DNA of 63,255 bases, counting the filler, from Vannella sp. (lineage: Eukaryota): the NCBI GenBank assembly GCA_023345925.1. It is 6 parts of 6 records of this genome, joined end to end, with 100 filler letters (N's around TTAATTAATTAA, not from the genome) between each part and the next. Parts side by side here need not be neighbours in the genome. Positions count along the whole stretch, not along the records: positions 1 to 13,816 come from JAJQQN010001401.1; 5 more parts are not named here. One strand, 5' to 3'. Position 1 is the first letter of the stretch. Each line of letters begins with the position of its first letter. The translations under genes and the position numbers were made by a program. Below the pieces are notes generated by a model, which did no database searches, was not told the DNA's origin, and worked only from the letters and a program-made list of their open reading frames with translations. Below, piece by piece: positions 1 to 11,783 of this stretch.

Positions 1-1821
1 TGGATACCGGAACAGGTGGCTGAGTGCATTGCAAGATCTGCCTCTGCTCTTGAGGAATGGTCCATTCTGCATAACTGTGCCATTCAACATCCTACTGCTG
101 AATCCACCTTACTCCCTCTACTTTTACGCAGTACACTGGTCTGGGCCCAGTTTCCAGGGTCTTGGTGGAATGTGCCAAAGATGGCTCCTTCTAATCTGGT
201 TGACTTGACACATGTCACTTGGCAGAATGGTCTGCATATCTGGGCCCTCGACCCTGCTCAAATGGAAAGAGAGAAGCTACCCGAATGGATGCCAAGGTAT
301 GGGAATGACCCTGTTCAGTTCCATTCGGAGCCTTTCCCGATATCTTTGTGTGACAGCTGGGTTGAAGAATCAACGTTCTTTGTCACTCCATTCCACTTGG
401 ATAACATGTATCACTTGAACAATAACGACCTCACTGGGATGTTTGGAAACCTCCGTTCGGCTGGGGTTCTAAACGGTGTCCGTCGATTGTACGAATTTGG
501 GGTCCAGGAAATGCACGGACCCGCGACGATGTGGTGGTACAATGCAGAGTTCTCATTCTACGATGGCAACGTGTTCCAAGTGGCTGAACTTCAGCCAATG
601 GAAGGGAAGCATGTCTGTTTCCGGCATGTCCGCTATGGCGCGGGATATCTTGGTTCATACCAACGTGGAGCGCAAAGCGACTCCCAGAAATGCCAACCAC
701 TCACAGATCGCACCTTTTGGCCTTCTTGGTTCGGTGTGCTTAATAACTCTTCTGGCGTGGATTACTTGCCACACAATCCTTTGGAACCTCTCACAACGAG
801 TGAAAGACAGCGCATTCTCGCTTTGGAAGCTCATTCCACTCAGCCGCTTCCAATTCCACATGATGACTTCTTGTTAGACCCGGAAGAACCTCCTTGGCAG
901 TGGCAAGCGAATCTGAATGCCGGTGATGTGGTCGCAATGCAGAAGTTCTTTTTGGAAAAAGTCGGTCTGAATCAGCGTGTTCGACCTTTCTTCAATAGTG
1001 AAGGACAGCGGATGGATCTTTCTCGCAGCCTGAAGGAAACTCCAGGACTTCCTTCACTTTCAGCAGATGCTGGAAGCTTGGAGCCTCAAGTTCTTTCCGC
1101 TTACCTTCAATGCAGGCTATCTCAGACAGCACCCGTGATCCTTTGGGTGGACCGAAACCATAATCGGGCCATTAAAAACCAAGACACAGTTGTGGCCTGG
1201 TTGAGCGAAGGAAGCGGGTTGACGTCAGAGGAGCTAAATCACACCACAGAGGAATTAAAAAGTCGGCCGAGTCTCTCTGGAGTTCGTCTGAAAGACCTTT
1301 TACCTGAAACCTTCAGCGCGTCTTGGAGACCAACATTGCGTCGATGCTGCGATTGGCACCAACGGCCCTTCTCAATGACAAACATTTTGTCTTTATTGCA
1401 AGAAACTGATATCATAACTGGAATGCACGGTGCCGGGAACGCTCACATGATCTACATTCCGCCAGGGGGAATGCTGGTGGAGCTGCGTCCGGAAGATCAA
1501 ACCTTCAAATGGGTCATGCCCTCTCTAGCAGAGCTTTCCAATATCTTGGATGTGCCCATCGATGTCCGTCAACAGCCCGCATTCCCAGGTGCAAGTCACG
1601 AACTGACTCGCCAATTTGTTGAGGAGATCTTGGTCCCTCACCTGAGAGAGCATTGGAAGAGGCAAGTTTCCTGCTCCTTGGAAGAGGAGGCAGAAAGAAA
1701 AGCTTTCTACTCTCACCACAATCCGTACCGGGACCGCTATTCTCTTATGGACGGTACCGGCAACGACGAAATAGATCCAGAAGGGAAAGCCTTTCTTGAT
1801 TGGAGCCCACCATTTGACTGA
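1..1821 (+). CDS. Glycosyltransferase family 61 (DUF563)-like protein, 5' partial
   Basis: Long ORF open from the window edge. C-terminal TDIITGMHGAGNAHMIYIPPGGMLVEL matches the GT61 HGAG motif; N-terminal N-M-Y-H and ILWVDR...R motifs also fit. Confidence 0.72.
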   Translation, partial: WIPEQVAECIARSASALEEWSILHNCAIQHPTAESTLLPLLLRSTLVWAQFPGSWWNVPKMAPSNLVDLTHVTWQNGLHIWALDPAQMEREKLPEWMPRYGNDPVQFHSEPFPISLCDSWVEESTFFVTPFHLDNMYHLNNNDLTGMFGNLRSAGVLNGVRRLYEFGVQEMHGPATMWWYNAEFSFYDGNVFQVAELQPMEGKHVCFRHVRYGAGYLGSYQRGAQSDSQKCQPLTDRTFWPSWFGVLNNSSGVDYLPHNPLEPLTTSERQRILALEAHSTQPLPIPHDDFLLDPEEPPWQWQANLNAGDVVAMQKFFLEKVGLNQRVRPFFNSEGQRMDLSRSLKETPGLPSLSADAGSLEPQVLSAYLQCRLSQTAPVILWVDRNHNRAIKNQDTVVAWLSEGSGLTSEELNHTTEELKSRPSLSGVRLKDLLPETFSASWRPTLRRCCDWHQRPFSMTNILSLLQETDIITGMHGAGNAHMIYIPPGGMLVELRPEDQTFKWVMPSLAELSNILDVPIDVRQQPAFPGASHELTRQFVEEILVPHLREHWKRQVSCSLEEEAERKAFYSHHNPYRDRYSLMDGTGNDEIDPEGKAFLDWSPPFD

Positions 1822-1913
1822 GTGTTCATTTGCAGCGAGTACCTGCTTTTCGTGCCTCCGATTTCATTCTTGAATGAGGTCAAAACGTGCCCGGTGACAT
1901 TTTAGTCAATCGA

Positions 1914-1929
1914 CTAAACCCTAAACCCT
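1914..1929 (+). repeat. Interstitial telomere-like (CCCTAAA) repeat / telo-box-like element
   Basis: CTAAACCCTAAACCCT in the intergenic spacer. Confidence 0.45.
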
Positions 1930-1970
1930 GAACTATTGTCGGGCGTGCTTCGTGCAGAGGGGAAATGTAA

Positions 1971-2564
1971 ATGGGAGGGGAAATGCGGCCATTCAAGCAA
2001 TCGCCGTTGTTCATGGCTGTGGAAGAACTTCCCGTGCTGGGGTCATCGAAACGAGAGAAGCGTTCGCGTTGGGAAGAGTGGAGACCGGTTGTTTATTGCT
2101 TCGCGTGGGGCCCTTCGCTCACTCGTGGTTGTACTTTGGCTTGGATCTTCTTGACAGCCCCTTATTACGTCTTCCAATCGTGCATGGACCGTGCCTCAGC
2201 AGCCACTTATGTACTGTGTGGAAGCCCCCGTCCTGGCACATGCTGGTCCTACGTTCCCATGTACGCTGGTCTGATCCCCGCCGTACTCATCGCTCTGGTT
2301 TGGATCATCGTGACGATCCTTCTCTTCATCCCTTGGCTCCTGCTGTACCTCATTGTCGCCCTCTTCGAGTGTATCGTGATGGTGGTTTACTACGGCACTT
2401 GTCGCTACGGCGGCAAAGATGCTGCGACCCCGCAATGGCGTAGCTTCTCCTGCTCAGGATGGGTCTCAGAATGGCGTGAAGGATACGATCCCAACACGGC
2501 CGAGGTGTGGAGCCAATGGTCTCCCATCCACACGCTTTGCTCTTACAACTTCCCTCCTGTCTAA
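1971..2564 (+). CDS. Cys-rich hypothetical membrane protein (true start may be ATG 2013)
   Basis: 197-aa ORF with a long hydrophobic stretch AGLIPAVLIALVWIIVTILLFIPWLLLYLIVALF. Confidence 0.5.
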   Translation: MGGEMRPFKQSPLFMAVEELPVLGSSKREKRSRWEEWRPVVYCFAWGPSLTRGCTLAWIFLTAPYYVFQSCMDRASAATYVLCGSPRPGTCWSYVPMYAGLIPAVLIALVWIIVTILLFIPWLLLYLIVALFECIVMVVYYGTCRYGGKDAATPQWRSFSCSGWVSEWREGYDPNTAEVWSQWSPIHTLCSYNFPPV

Positions 2565-2675
2565 GAGCATCCTCCCCCAGCTCCTAAGACCTCTCAACTC
2601 GCTCCATGGCAACCCAGAGTGTCTAAAAGAGCGTGTAAATGGATGAGCAAGCGAGGGAGGTCATTGTTTTGGGCG

Positions 2676-3758
2676 ATGGCGGGCATGCAGTTGGGGCGGA
2701 CCATTCAGTTGATCACTAAACCTGATGGAGGCATCATTAAGCACTTGGTGAAGCTGCGAGAGAGTAAGGCGTACCGTGATCAGACGGCTCGGTGCGTCAT
2801 TCAGTCGGACTTGCGCCTTCTACGGGAATTGGTCTTCCCCATCTCGTCGCTCCCCGCTGAAGGAGGCAGTAAACAGTCTCTTCGGAGCTCGTACGATCGT
2901 GAAGAAGGAGAGGATGAAGAGCTGTATCTTGAAGAGGAGAATGACGAGGAAAAGGGCCTCTCACAGCACACTATTCCCAAGAAGATCGCTTTTTATAGCT
3001 CTGGTGATCAGGATGAGATCCAGAACCTGGTACTACAGCTTCCTAAGACTCACCAGTTTGTATGCATGACGTCTGAGGGCTTCATGAAGAAGGTAACTGG
3101 CCTACAAAGCATTGATCCACTTAGCTGCTTCGTCACCGAGGTCGCTAAGCCTCCAGAGCGTGCCATTCTTCTCCCAGAAGAGATAGAACAGAAGATAGCC
3201 GAGGGGAAGTCCACCCAAGGTGAAGACTTCCGCCCCAACTTCCGCCAAACTCCTCCGCCCTCGATCGTCGTGATCAACCAGCTGCAGGATCCCGGGAACG
3301 TGGGGAACGTTCTGCGCTGTTGCGTGGGCTTCGGCTTCCGCCACGTGTTCTTTGTGAAGGGATCGGCTGATCCCTTCAATGAGAAGGTTCTTCGCGCCTC
3401 TCGCGGAGCTCTTCTTGTTCGAGATGAATCAAAGCGAGCTGTTCTATCGTACGAGTGTGGATCGCTGGATAGAGTGATGGAGATCTCTGGGGCGTACCAA
3501 ATGCCCATCTTTGTGTCCGACACGGAAGGCATTTCGTCTCCTTCTTTGGACAGTGTCGGTCCAGGTGGCGCCCTGCAGCAGAAGAAGATCTTGGTGATGA
3601 ACAATGAAGCTTCTGGCCTTCCGGAGATAGAACGGGAGGCCCTCACTCACGCAGGGGCCCGATTCCTTCATATTCCCATGTCTCCTTACTGCAAGTCCCT
3701 CAACGTGGCCTCTGCTGCTGCAGTGCTCCTCTATGCACTTCGAGATAACTTGGTATAA
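2676..3758 (+). CDS. SpoU/TrmH-family (SPOUT) RNA 2'-O-ribose methyltransferase, MRM3/RNMTL1-like
   Basis: Motifs QLQDPGNVGNVLR, DPFNEKVLRASRGA, VMNNEASGL, IPM...SLNVASAAAV. Confidence 0.88.
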   Translation: MAGMQLGRTIQLITKPDGGIIKHLVKLRESKAYRDQTARCVIQSDLRLLRELVFPISSLPAEGGSKQSLRSSYDREEGEDEELYLEEENDEEKGLSQHTIPKKIAFYSSGDQDEIQNLVLQLPKTHQFVCMTSEGFMKKVTGLQSIDPLSCFVTEVAKPPERAILLPEEIEQKIAEGKSTQGEDFRPNFRQTPPPSIVVINQLQDPGNVGNVLRCCVGFGFRHVFFVKGSADPFNEKVLRASRGALLVRDESKRAVLSYECGSLDRVMEISGAYQMPIFVSDTEGISSPSLDSVGPGGALQQKKILVMNNEASGLPEIEREALTHAGARFLHIPMSPYCKSLNVASAAAVLLYALRDNLV

Positions 3759-3867
3759 AGATTCACTCGCCCTTATCCGCCCCCTTCCCGCGGAAGGAGG
3801 CCATCTCACACAAAGTCACTTCCGGCGGGGAAGATGAATTCATTTCTAATTGAATCGCTTGTCACAA

Positions 3868-5957
3868 TCAAACCCCCGGCTTCGTGTGACCAGAGGTGTT
3901 TGCTCTTGGGCGACGATCATGAGAGTAGCAGCCAGCCTCGGAGTGGTTGCAGTCTGGGTAGTTTCTGCAGCGCTTCAGTTTAGGTTCAAAATAACCCGAG
4001 TTTTTGAACTTGGTGGCTGACTCCCTAATCACCCCTTCGATGTCTTCTGGACACTCACGTCCAACCAAATCATAAAACGTGCTAAGTCCAAGTCCAAGGC
4101 TGGTGAGAACGTGTCTGATGGGCTGAAGGGAACTCGCACCTCCAATTGTTCAAATTGCGCGCTTTCTTGCAGAAGTTTTGAAGAGAAAGTAACTTCTCAT
4201 CGGTGGAGAGACCGAAAGTGTCATCCAAATGATTGGCCCATTGTTCCCTTCCTCGCCCTTCCTGTCCCATCTGTTGGAGGAAGTGCACAGTGAAAGCCGT
4301 TAGTTTCTCTGGAGAGGTCTATCAGTGTCGTTCGGTGTGAGTAAAAGAGAGAGACTCACTCCCAATAGAGCACCGATTGAAAATGATTTGGTGCTCGTCC
4401 TCAGTGAATGCTCTTTCATCAGAAAGCCTTTCCATCAGGATAGAAGGGTTTTCCTCATCAACCCCTGGAAACATTCGTGGTATACTCCTGAAAGAGCTTT
4501 CCCCAAGATAAGCCTCTGCGATTTCACTCCAGGAGTGAGAAGAGATCGTCAAAGAGAAAAGAAAGTTGCCCAGGTCTGGAATAGCTTCACGTTTCCGAGA
4601 CTCTTCTTGCTTAATGAAATCCTCCACCTTTTTCTCAATGTCACTGAGAAGCTCCGGATACTTCTGAACAAAGTACAGCATCCATCGATGGAAAAAGAGA
4701 ATGCCAGAGAGTGCCACCACACTCTCATGCATTCCCGACCAAATGGAGATCATCCGACTCTTCATCATCTCATAAAGAAGCTCCATTACCTTGGAGGGTT
4801 TGAATTCTTTCTCCTTCTCCGAGGGAAACACATCCCTGATGCACTCTTCCACAACCAGAGCCGCTCGCTCTCCGTGCTCTCCGTTGATATCTATCCACAG
4901 AAACATAAGCATCAGAAACAGAGGGCCTATGTGGGGCACTTGCATAGTGGGAACCAGAACTTCATCTTCTTGGGATCCTGAGAGAATCCTTCCTGAGTGA
5001 TGTACTCTGTGGAGCATTCAACGCTCCTAATTCTGTCCATGCCCTTTTTCTTATTGGCATGGTAGGTCACGTTGAATCCGAATCCTAAGAGGCTTTCCCC
5101 TTCCCAATTACAGCGGAAGAACTTGCAGACCAGCTCCTTCTCAGCTCGAGCCCGCCGGAATTCTTCGAGACTGACTTGAGGAGAAGACAGTTCAGCCTTC
5201 TCTTCAAGAGGGGGAGGAAGGATTCCTCGGTCGGCCAATCCACCAGAGTCTGTTTCCGAGTCAGACTCTTCCTCATCTTCACTCTCTTGCAAGATAAAGG
5301 GCAATGGTGGGTTCGGTTCCGAGTGAGAATGACCACACTCTGAACACTGGAATCCGCGGCTGGCTATGACAGCAGCAGGAACCTCCTTCAGCATCTTGCT
5401 CTTTGCTTCAATGTCCATATCTGCCTCCCTGAATCCCTGATTGACCATGTCTCGAGCACAGTCAGTCCTTATGAACCGAAAGGGTGTCTGTTGGGGACTA
5501 CCTTGGAGATGCAAGAGAATGAGGGTGACTGGGAAGGCGATTGCTACTTCTCCTTTGACGAAGGTCTTGTAATCACTTAGGACAGGTGAGCATATGCGAC
5601 CATTCTTCACTTGTGGATGAGGGAAGGGAGTGAAGAGAGTGACCGAAGGGCCTTCAGCGGGATAGGTGTCCTGGAACTCCATCTTGATGTGAAAGATAGC
5701 ACCCTCATACTCTGTACCCCCTTCCCAGCGCAGCGGTTATAAGCATCACAGCTCACCAAGAGAGAGAAGCGAACCTACTCATCCCCACAAGGTTGGCATG
5801 CCTTCTCCCATCCATTCAGTCCCAGCAGGAGGAGAACAGACTCAGCCTACCAAACAAGCACATTCTCCATCAACGGGAGAGCAGACACAGGATGTCCCTG
5901 CCCCTTCAATTGCCGTAACTCGTTCATCAGCATCAGACGAGCTTTCCCTCCCGCCAT
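3868..5957 (-). CDS. UBC (E2) domain + CxxCGH motif + uncharacterised helical domain + C-terminal CCCH-like finger (paralog A; multi-exon)
   Basis: Spliced: MAGGKARLMLMNELRQL...VW|HANLVG..GTEYEGAIFHIKMEFQDTYP..GPSV..PHPQVKNGRICSPVL; FWFPL-Y-INGEHG; terminal CRNYPDCNHSEAGCYSH. Confidence 0.8.
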
Positions 5958-6114
5958 CCCAACAAGAAATGTTCCTCACTTCCCCTTTTTGCGAGTTTGT
6001 TGGAAGTGGAACTCGCTCTGTCACTCAAACCTTTATCTTGTCAGCAGGTTGGTCTGGTCTGGTCCGGCCAAGGATGACGGCTTACGGTCCCTTTGAGTGT
6101 CTTGTTGGAGGTTC

Positions 6115-8406
6115 TCATCTCCTTTCCGGTTTAGCGTGGTAGAATTCGCAATCGTCCCCTTTCTGGCAGATTCCGCGTTTGAACTTCAAGCAAGGGCTGA
6201 ATTTGGTCCCGTGATATCCTCTTCTTTGAGAATTGGCCACGGACTGACGAATAACCTGTTCGAGATCTGTGGGGCACTCGCGCCCCACCAACTGGTAAAA
6301 AGTGCTAATCCTCCTTCGGTGAACACTTTCAAGTCTCTCACTAGAAGCCGCACGTACCTCCAATCGTCCAAGCGGTGGATTTTTGCACAAAACTCTCCTA
6401 AGGAAACCAACTTCTCGTTGGTGGAGAGTCCAAAGGTTTCGTTGTAATGGTCAGCCAACTCTGCACGAGATAGGCTTTCCCGCCCAATCTCCTGGAGGAA
6501 GAAAACTTGGAAGGCAACTAATTTCTCTGGTCGAGGATTGTGAGTCGATCATGAGAAGCGTCGAACGTAACTCACTTCCGCTACTGACGCATTGAAAGAC
6601 TTGTTGAATCTCTGCAGCGGTAAGTTGGCTCGTATCGCTGGTGTACCTCCCTTTTGTTTTAGAATTCTTCAGCAATTGATACATGCTTCTGTCCGAGCTT
6701 TCCTGGAGATAAGAATCCGCGATCTGACTCCAGGGGTAGGAAGAGATGGTGAAAGAACATAGAAAATCGCCTAAGTCAGGGACCTCTTTCTTGCTGCGAC
6801 AATCTTCGTGATTATTAAAGTCCTCTGTCATCTTGTCCACTTGAATGAGGATCTCAGGGTACTTTTCCACAAAGTAGAGCATCCAGCGGTGGAAGCAAAA
6901 TGTTGCAGAGAGCGCTAACTCGCTCGCATGTTTCTCTCTCGTCCAAATTTGGATCATTTGAGACTTCATCATGATAGATAAGAGCTCAATTGCCATGAAA
7001 GGGCGATTGAATTGATCTTTTCGCCCTGTCAATATGAGGCTGATGCAGTCCTCGACAACCTCCGCCGCGCGCTGTCCATGCTCTTGGTCGATAACTGCCT
7101 GATTTGTCAGGTTCTGCATGAAAAGGTATCCGAGTGCACCTACACAACGGAAACCAGTAAAGCCACCCTTCACGGTTGAGAGTGTCTCGATAGGCCTCTC
7201 CGTAAAACGCTGAATATGTTATGTAGTCTGGAGAGCAGGTAATGCGGGCGATTCTCGTGTTGTTTTTTTTGACGCTGACCCCAAATCCAAGAATGTCTTC
7301 CGTGAGAGCCCAGCTACAACGATTAAACATGCATATAAGAGAACTCTCCGCCCGTCTTCGCAAATACTCGGACGAGTCAACCTTTCTAGATGGGGATGCC
7401 GGTGTGGACGGGTCTCTTCTTCTCTGTAGGACTCCTTGCATATAACTGTCCTTTGGAAGACTGGAATGCTCTCCTCCTATGATATAAGGTAAAGTAGAGG
7501 CTTTGGGAGCCGATCTGGAAGCAGAATACTTTTCCACCAGAATCTCACTTGGACCATTCATTCCTCTGTGGGAGAGGTTTTGGTGAGGAGAAGGAGACCT
7601 CCGTTGGCTCATTTGAATAGGAATTGGTCGAGAAGGAGCGAAGCTTCTCTTGGGAAGGCGACCTTGAAAGATGTCTGGTTCAGAAAGGAACGGTTCTGGA
7701 TCACCAGCGAGCTCATCCATGAACTTTGGATGTAACGCAGGCTGCGGATTTGTGTAAGTATGACCACACTTGCATTCGAACTGGCGGCATGCTTCAATGG
7801 CACCCGGAATGCTCCTTAACAGGTCGCTTCTTTGCTTCATACTCATCGGTGGGCCGCCAGGGAGAACTTCCTCACCAAAGCCTTCTTCAATGATGAAGAC
7901 TGAACCATAGTCAGTCCTCTGGCAGCACGTACGATGGGCTTACCTTGCAGATGCAAGAGGATGGACGTGACAGAGAAGCAGGGATTGTAGTAGACCTTCT
8001 GTGACTCGAAGAATCTCTTAAAGTCACTCAAGACAGGGAGGCAGATGCGGTCGTTCACGACGTGTGGATGAGGGATCCGTGTGAAGATGGTGACGGAAGG
8101 CCCGTCTGCGGGATAGGTCTCTGGAAACACCAGTTCAAGGTGAAAGATAGCGCCCTCGTACTCTGTACCCTCTGCTCCACAACTCTGCGGTCAGTGTGAT
8201 CTTACGTGGCGGAGCACACTTACTCCACCCAACAAGGTTGGCGTGCCTTCTCTCCCTCAGAGTGAGAACCTTGCCAGCTTCGTCCCACCCACCACACACC
8301 ATACAAAGAGGTTCTCATTCAATGGCTCGCCTGAAACCGGATATTTCTCCTTCTTCAACTCCTTCAGGTCGCTCGCCAGCCTTCTTTCTGCTTCCTTCCT
8401 CCCCAT
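6115..8406 (-). CDS. UBC (E2) domain + CxCGH motif + uncharacterised helical domain + CCCH zinc finger (paralog B; multi-exon)
   Basis: Spliced: MGRKEAERRLASDLKEL...NLFVW|HANLVG..YEGAIFHLELVFPETYP..PHPHVVNDRICLPVL; terminal CLKFKRGICQKGDDCEFYH; intron positions shared with paralog A. Confidence 0.8.
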
Positions 8407-8562
8407 TCCCGTGCGAAATGAAAAAGATCCCGACAACGAAGAGATTCGAACTCTCGCTCCCTTACGGGAAACAGATTAGCAGTCTACCGCCTTAACCACT
8501 CGGCCACGTTGTCCAAAACACGCCAGATTTTCACATTTATTAAATGATATATAATTAATTAA

Positions 8563-8772
8563 AAGAGTTTCTGTGACCGATTGTTGGCGAGGTTGATGAG
8601 CTTCCATCAACTCTTCGTTGGTTTCACATTGGAGGAGAAAGGAACGGTCCATCTGCCTTACCGCCTCCACTTCTCCCCCGAACAGTTGAAGGATCCCTTT
8701 CCTTCCTTTCAGAGCTTTTGCAAGGTCAAAGCAGAGCTCGACCCTCGCCATGTATTCCGCAACCTATGGTAG
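8563..8772 (+). pseudogene. Orphan C-terminal fragment of a VAO/ALO-type FAD-linked oxidase
   Basis: GTVHLPYRLHFSPEQLKDPFPSFQSFCKVKAELDPRHVFRNLW* resembles the FAD-oxidase C-terminus (K..DP...F.N); no room upstream for the FAD-binding domain. Confidence 0.55.
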
Positions 8773-9260
8773 GATCGCTACGGCACAGCAGCAGAGCCAG
8801 CCCCATTCCCAGCAGAGCCGTTTTGCTGGGAAGAGGCCGACTAGTCGGGCTTTGGCTCCATTCCTCAGGTTTCCACGCACCGCAAGAACTCGTTTCTAAA
8901 ACTGCTCGACTCACTGGAGCTGCGGGCTCGGTTCCAGAGTGAGTTCCTCATTGAAATCTTCAATGTCATTCCCCCGCAGGTGATGTGGCAAAGCATGGTC
9001 ACTGCAGATGGCAGGAACAACACGGGGTGGATCGTATGATCTATTCCGCACTCCGAGAGATGCTCCAAACGTACCTCTCCCCGCCGCTGGTCCAAGCGCG
9101 CTTCCGCCCGAGCCAAGTGAAGCAATTGTCGGAGCAGAAGGTCGAACTGACGCGCGAGGTTGTCTCCATTGTCGCTCGTCTCGGCCGGCTCATGACTATT
9201 GCTCCATTGGTGACTTTGGAAAGTTCGTCCTTCCTCTTCGTCAAGCTTTGGGCATGAAAG
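8770..9260 (-). CDS. Possible small spliced hypothetical gene (structure uncertain)
   Basis: GTACGT and GTGAGT donor-like sites and short ORFs; no recognisable domain. Confidence 0.22.
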
Positions 9261-9708
9261 GGACCACTTGGATTGCCCACAACGAAGAAGGAAGCGAAGG
9301 TGCTATCCACGAACGCGGTAACATCGACCGCGGTGGGAATTTTGGCTGGACGGTTTCAAAAATGGGCAGGAGAAAATGACGAAAAAGGCTGTTGGCTAAA
9401 AACAGCTTCCAGACACGTCCAGCTTCCCACTGAGGGAGAGCAAATATCTCTCCCTCAACTTGCTTTGGAGATTCAGGTGACCTCTCGAAAGGATGTTTTG
9501 CGCCACTGCAAGAACAGCGGCATCAATGTCGCCCAGATCTTCGATTTTTCGGATAGAATGTAAACAGGCAAACCCCCGCCTGGACGAATAAAAAAAATTA
9601 AAAAAATTTCGTAACTCAAATTCCGATCGATTACCAAGAATCAAGATGGAAAGTAGGGATCTCGCTTCCTATTTGTTTTGAAATTGATCATTTTATTTTG
9701 TTCGTTGG

Positions 9709-11735
9709 ATGGAACTGTTGTGGTTGGGTGTTGTGGTCAGCCTTCTGGCTGTGGTTGGTGTGATTCTGGTGAACTCCTTTGGTATTGGATTGATGATGCA
9801 TCGGCGAGAGCGGTCTCTTCTGGCAGCGCTGGTGACTCTGGCCGGATTGTCTCTTTCTCAGTTCACGATGGTTCTCATCCCCATTGATGTCTTCAACGCT
9901 TCCCATTCTTCTCCGGAAGTGTATGACACGGTGAATAGCATCTTACAGATAAGCTACTACTGTCAGTAGAAGCTAATCTCTCCCAATCGAGTGAATCTAA
10001 CCAACCTTAGCCCTCTTCTTGGCTGTCATCATGATGATCTGCACTGCCGTCCCCTTTGCCTATTTCTATTCAGAAGCATCATATGTTGAGGATGATGACG
10101 TCCCTAGAAGTAAGAAGATTGCCTCGGCACTCAAGTACACCTCTGTTTTGGTATTTGTGGTGATTGCTCTACTGCTAGTCGGCCTCTTCCTCCACACGGA
10201 CCATATCCGTGATTTGATTGTTCCCTCATCTACTGAAAAGCTTCTTGTGCACCAACAAGTATCGCCATCTTGGCCTGCTAGACGACTCCTTCAAATGGAG
10301 TCCTTGACAGAGACCTCTTCCACACTCCCAGCTTTATCTTCTCTGAAGACAGTATCCTCCAGTATATTAGCAGCTGTCTCTTCAGGAGCCTCTTCAGAAG
10401 TCTCTTCAGAGGTGTCTACTGTCGGAATCCCCCGGCAACAGGATAGTGTGGCACTGGCGTACGAATATCTCGAACAGATATTGCACTCGAACAGTTCGTA
10501 GCTTTGAATCCACTTTGAGGGAATTGCGCTCACCTTCAAGTAGTGCTGTTCTATTCGATTACGTTTACCTACTTTGTTTTAGCAGGAATCGGGTTTCTCC
10601 TGTTCTGGCTAACTTACACAGTGAGGTACTTGGTTTCTTAAGAAGCTTCCTAACAGGTTCCCGGTAGGCGTTGGGAATGTCCATGACTGGGGTTGTGCTT
10701 ATTAAAGGCACCCAAAGAATTGAAGGCGAGTTAAGAGAATTGAATAAGTCTCTCGAAAGAGCAAACAAGGTCAAGAACCGGCTACAAATCGACTCAGGAA
10801 GACTTCCAGAGAAGGAAAAGAAACAACTAGACGACGCGATTTATGAGGGAGAACAGATTCAAATGAAAATTCAGCATATCCAATCCTTAGAGACGAAAGG
10901 ATTCGCCAGTCGCATGTACACCCTCTCCAAACTATTCTGGTTCGTTCTTGGATGCGTTATCCTCCTTTTCTCGGCTCTCGTAGTAGCATCTCTCTTCTTC
11001 ACACAAATTGAACGATTCCGAACCTCAGACTGTGGTTGGTCCTGTGGCTTTGTTATCACTGGTCCCGAGTTGATTTTAAATCCGTTGGACATGGCCTTAA
11101 CTTACTCTTCCCAGGTGAGTGACTTTCATGGTTTCCACTTACTTGTCTAAGTCGAACAGTACTTCCCTTTGGACATTATTGTGTTCTCTGCCATCGTAGT
11201 GTTTATCATTGCTGCCACATTTGGAGGCATCACCACTGTTGGCATCCGCTTTTTGTGGATTAAGATGTTTACAGTGAAGCCTAGGAGAACTATCCCACAA
11301 GCATTGATAGCCTCCTCGCTTATTCTGATGTTGTGTTCCATCTGTTTGATGATTCAGCTCCTCTCTATCGCCCCTCAATACGCTTCATTTGGCTCGCGAA
11401 GCTATATTAACGTAAGAAGCATCTTTCAACCCCCTTCAAAGGCCTAATATCGGACACAGGCTGACACAGGAGAAGTGACTTGGTGCAACATGAGCGCGGG
11501 ACCGGAAGTCTGCCCCATGACTCAGTTCGCCCAGATTATCAACCGATTCTACGCTTCTTTGAGCATAGCTGGGATGTGCTTCTACTTTGGCACGTGGCTC
11601 TTCCTCGGCATGTTCGTTTTGGGAATCGCCCTTTCCGCTTGGAAAGCGAAAAGCTCCAATGCGGAGCACGTTGAGGGCGACGACGACGATTTGGACGACC
11701 TTGATGATGATGATAACGAGCTTTCTATTAACTAA
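9709..11735 (+). CDS. LMBRD1: LMBR1-family membrane protein, LMBRD1 (lysosomal cobalamin escort)-like; multi-exon
   Basis: LIPIDVF, PFAYFYSE, SDCGWSCGF...NPLD...YFPLD, APQYASFG, CPMTQ motifs; multiple TM segments; acidic tail. Confidence 0.8.
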
Positions 11736-11783
11736 AGCGATTCCCGCCCTTGGCAGACTTCATTTTGTGGGAGCCTGGTTGGG

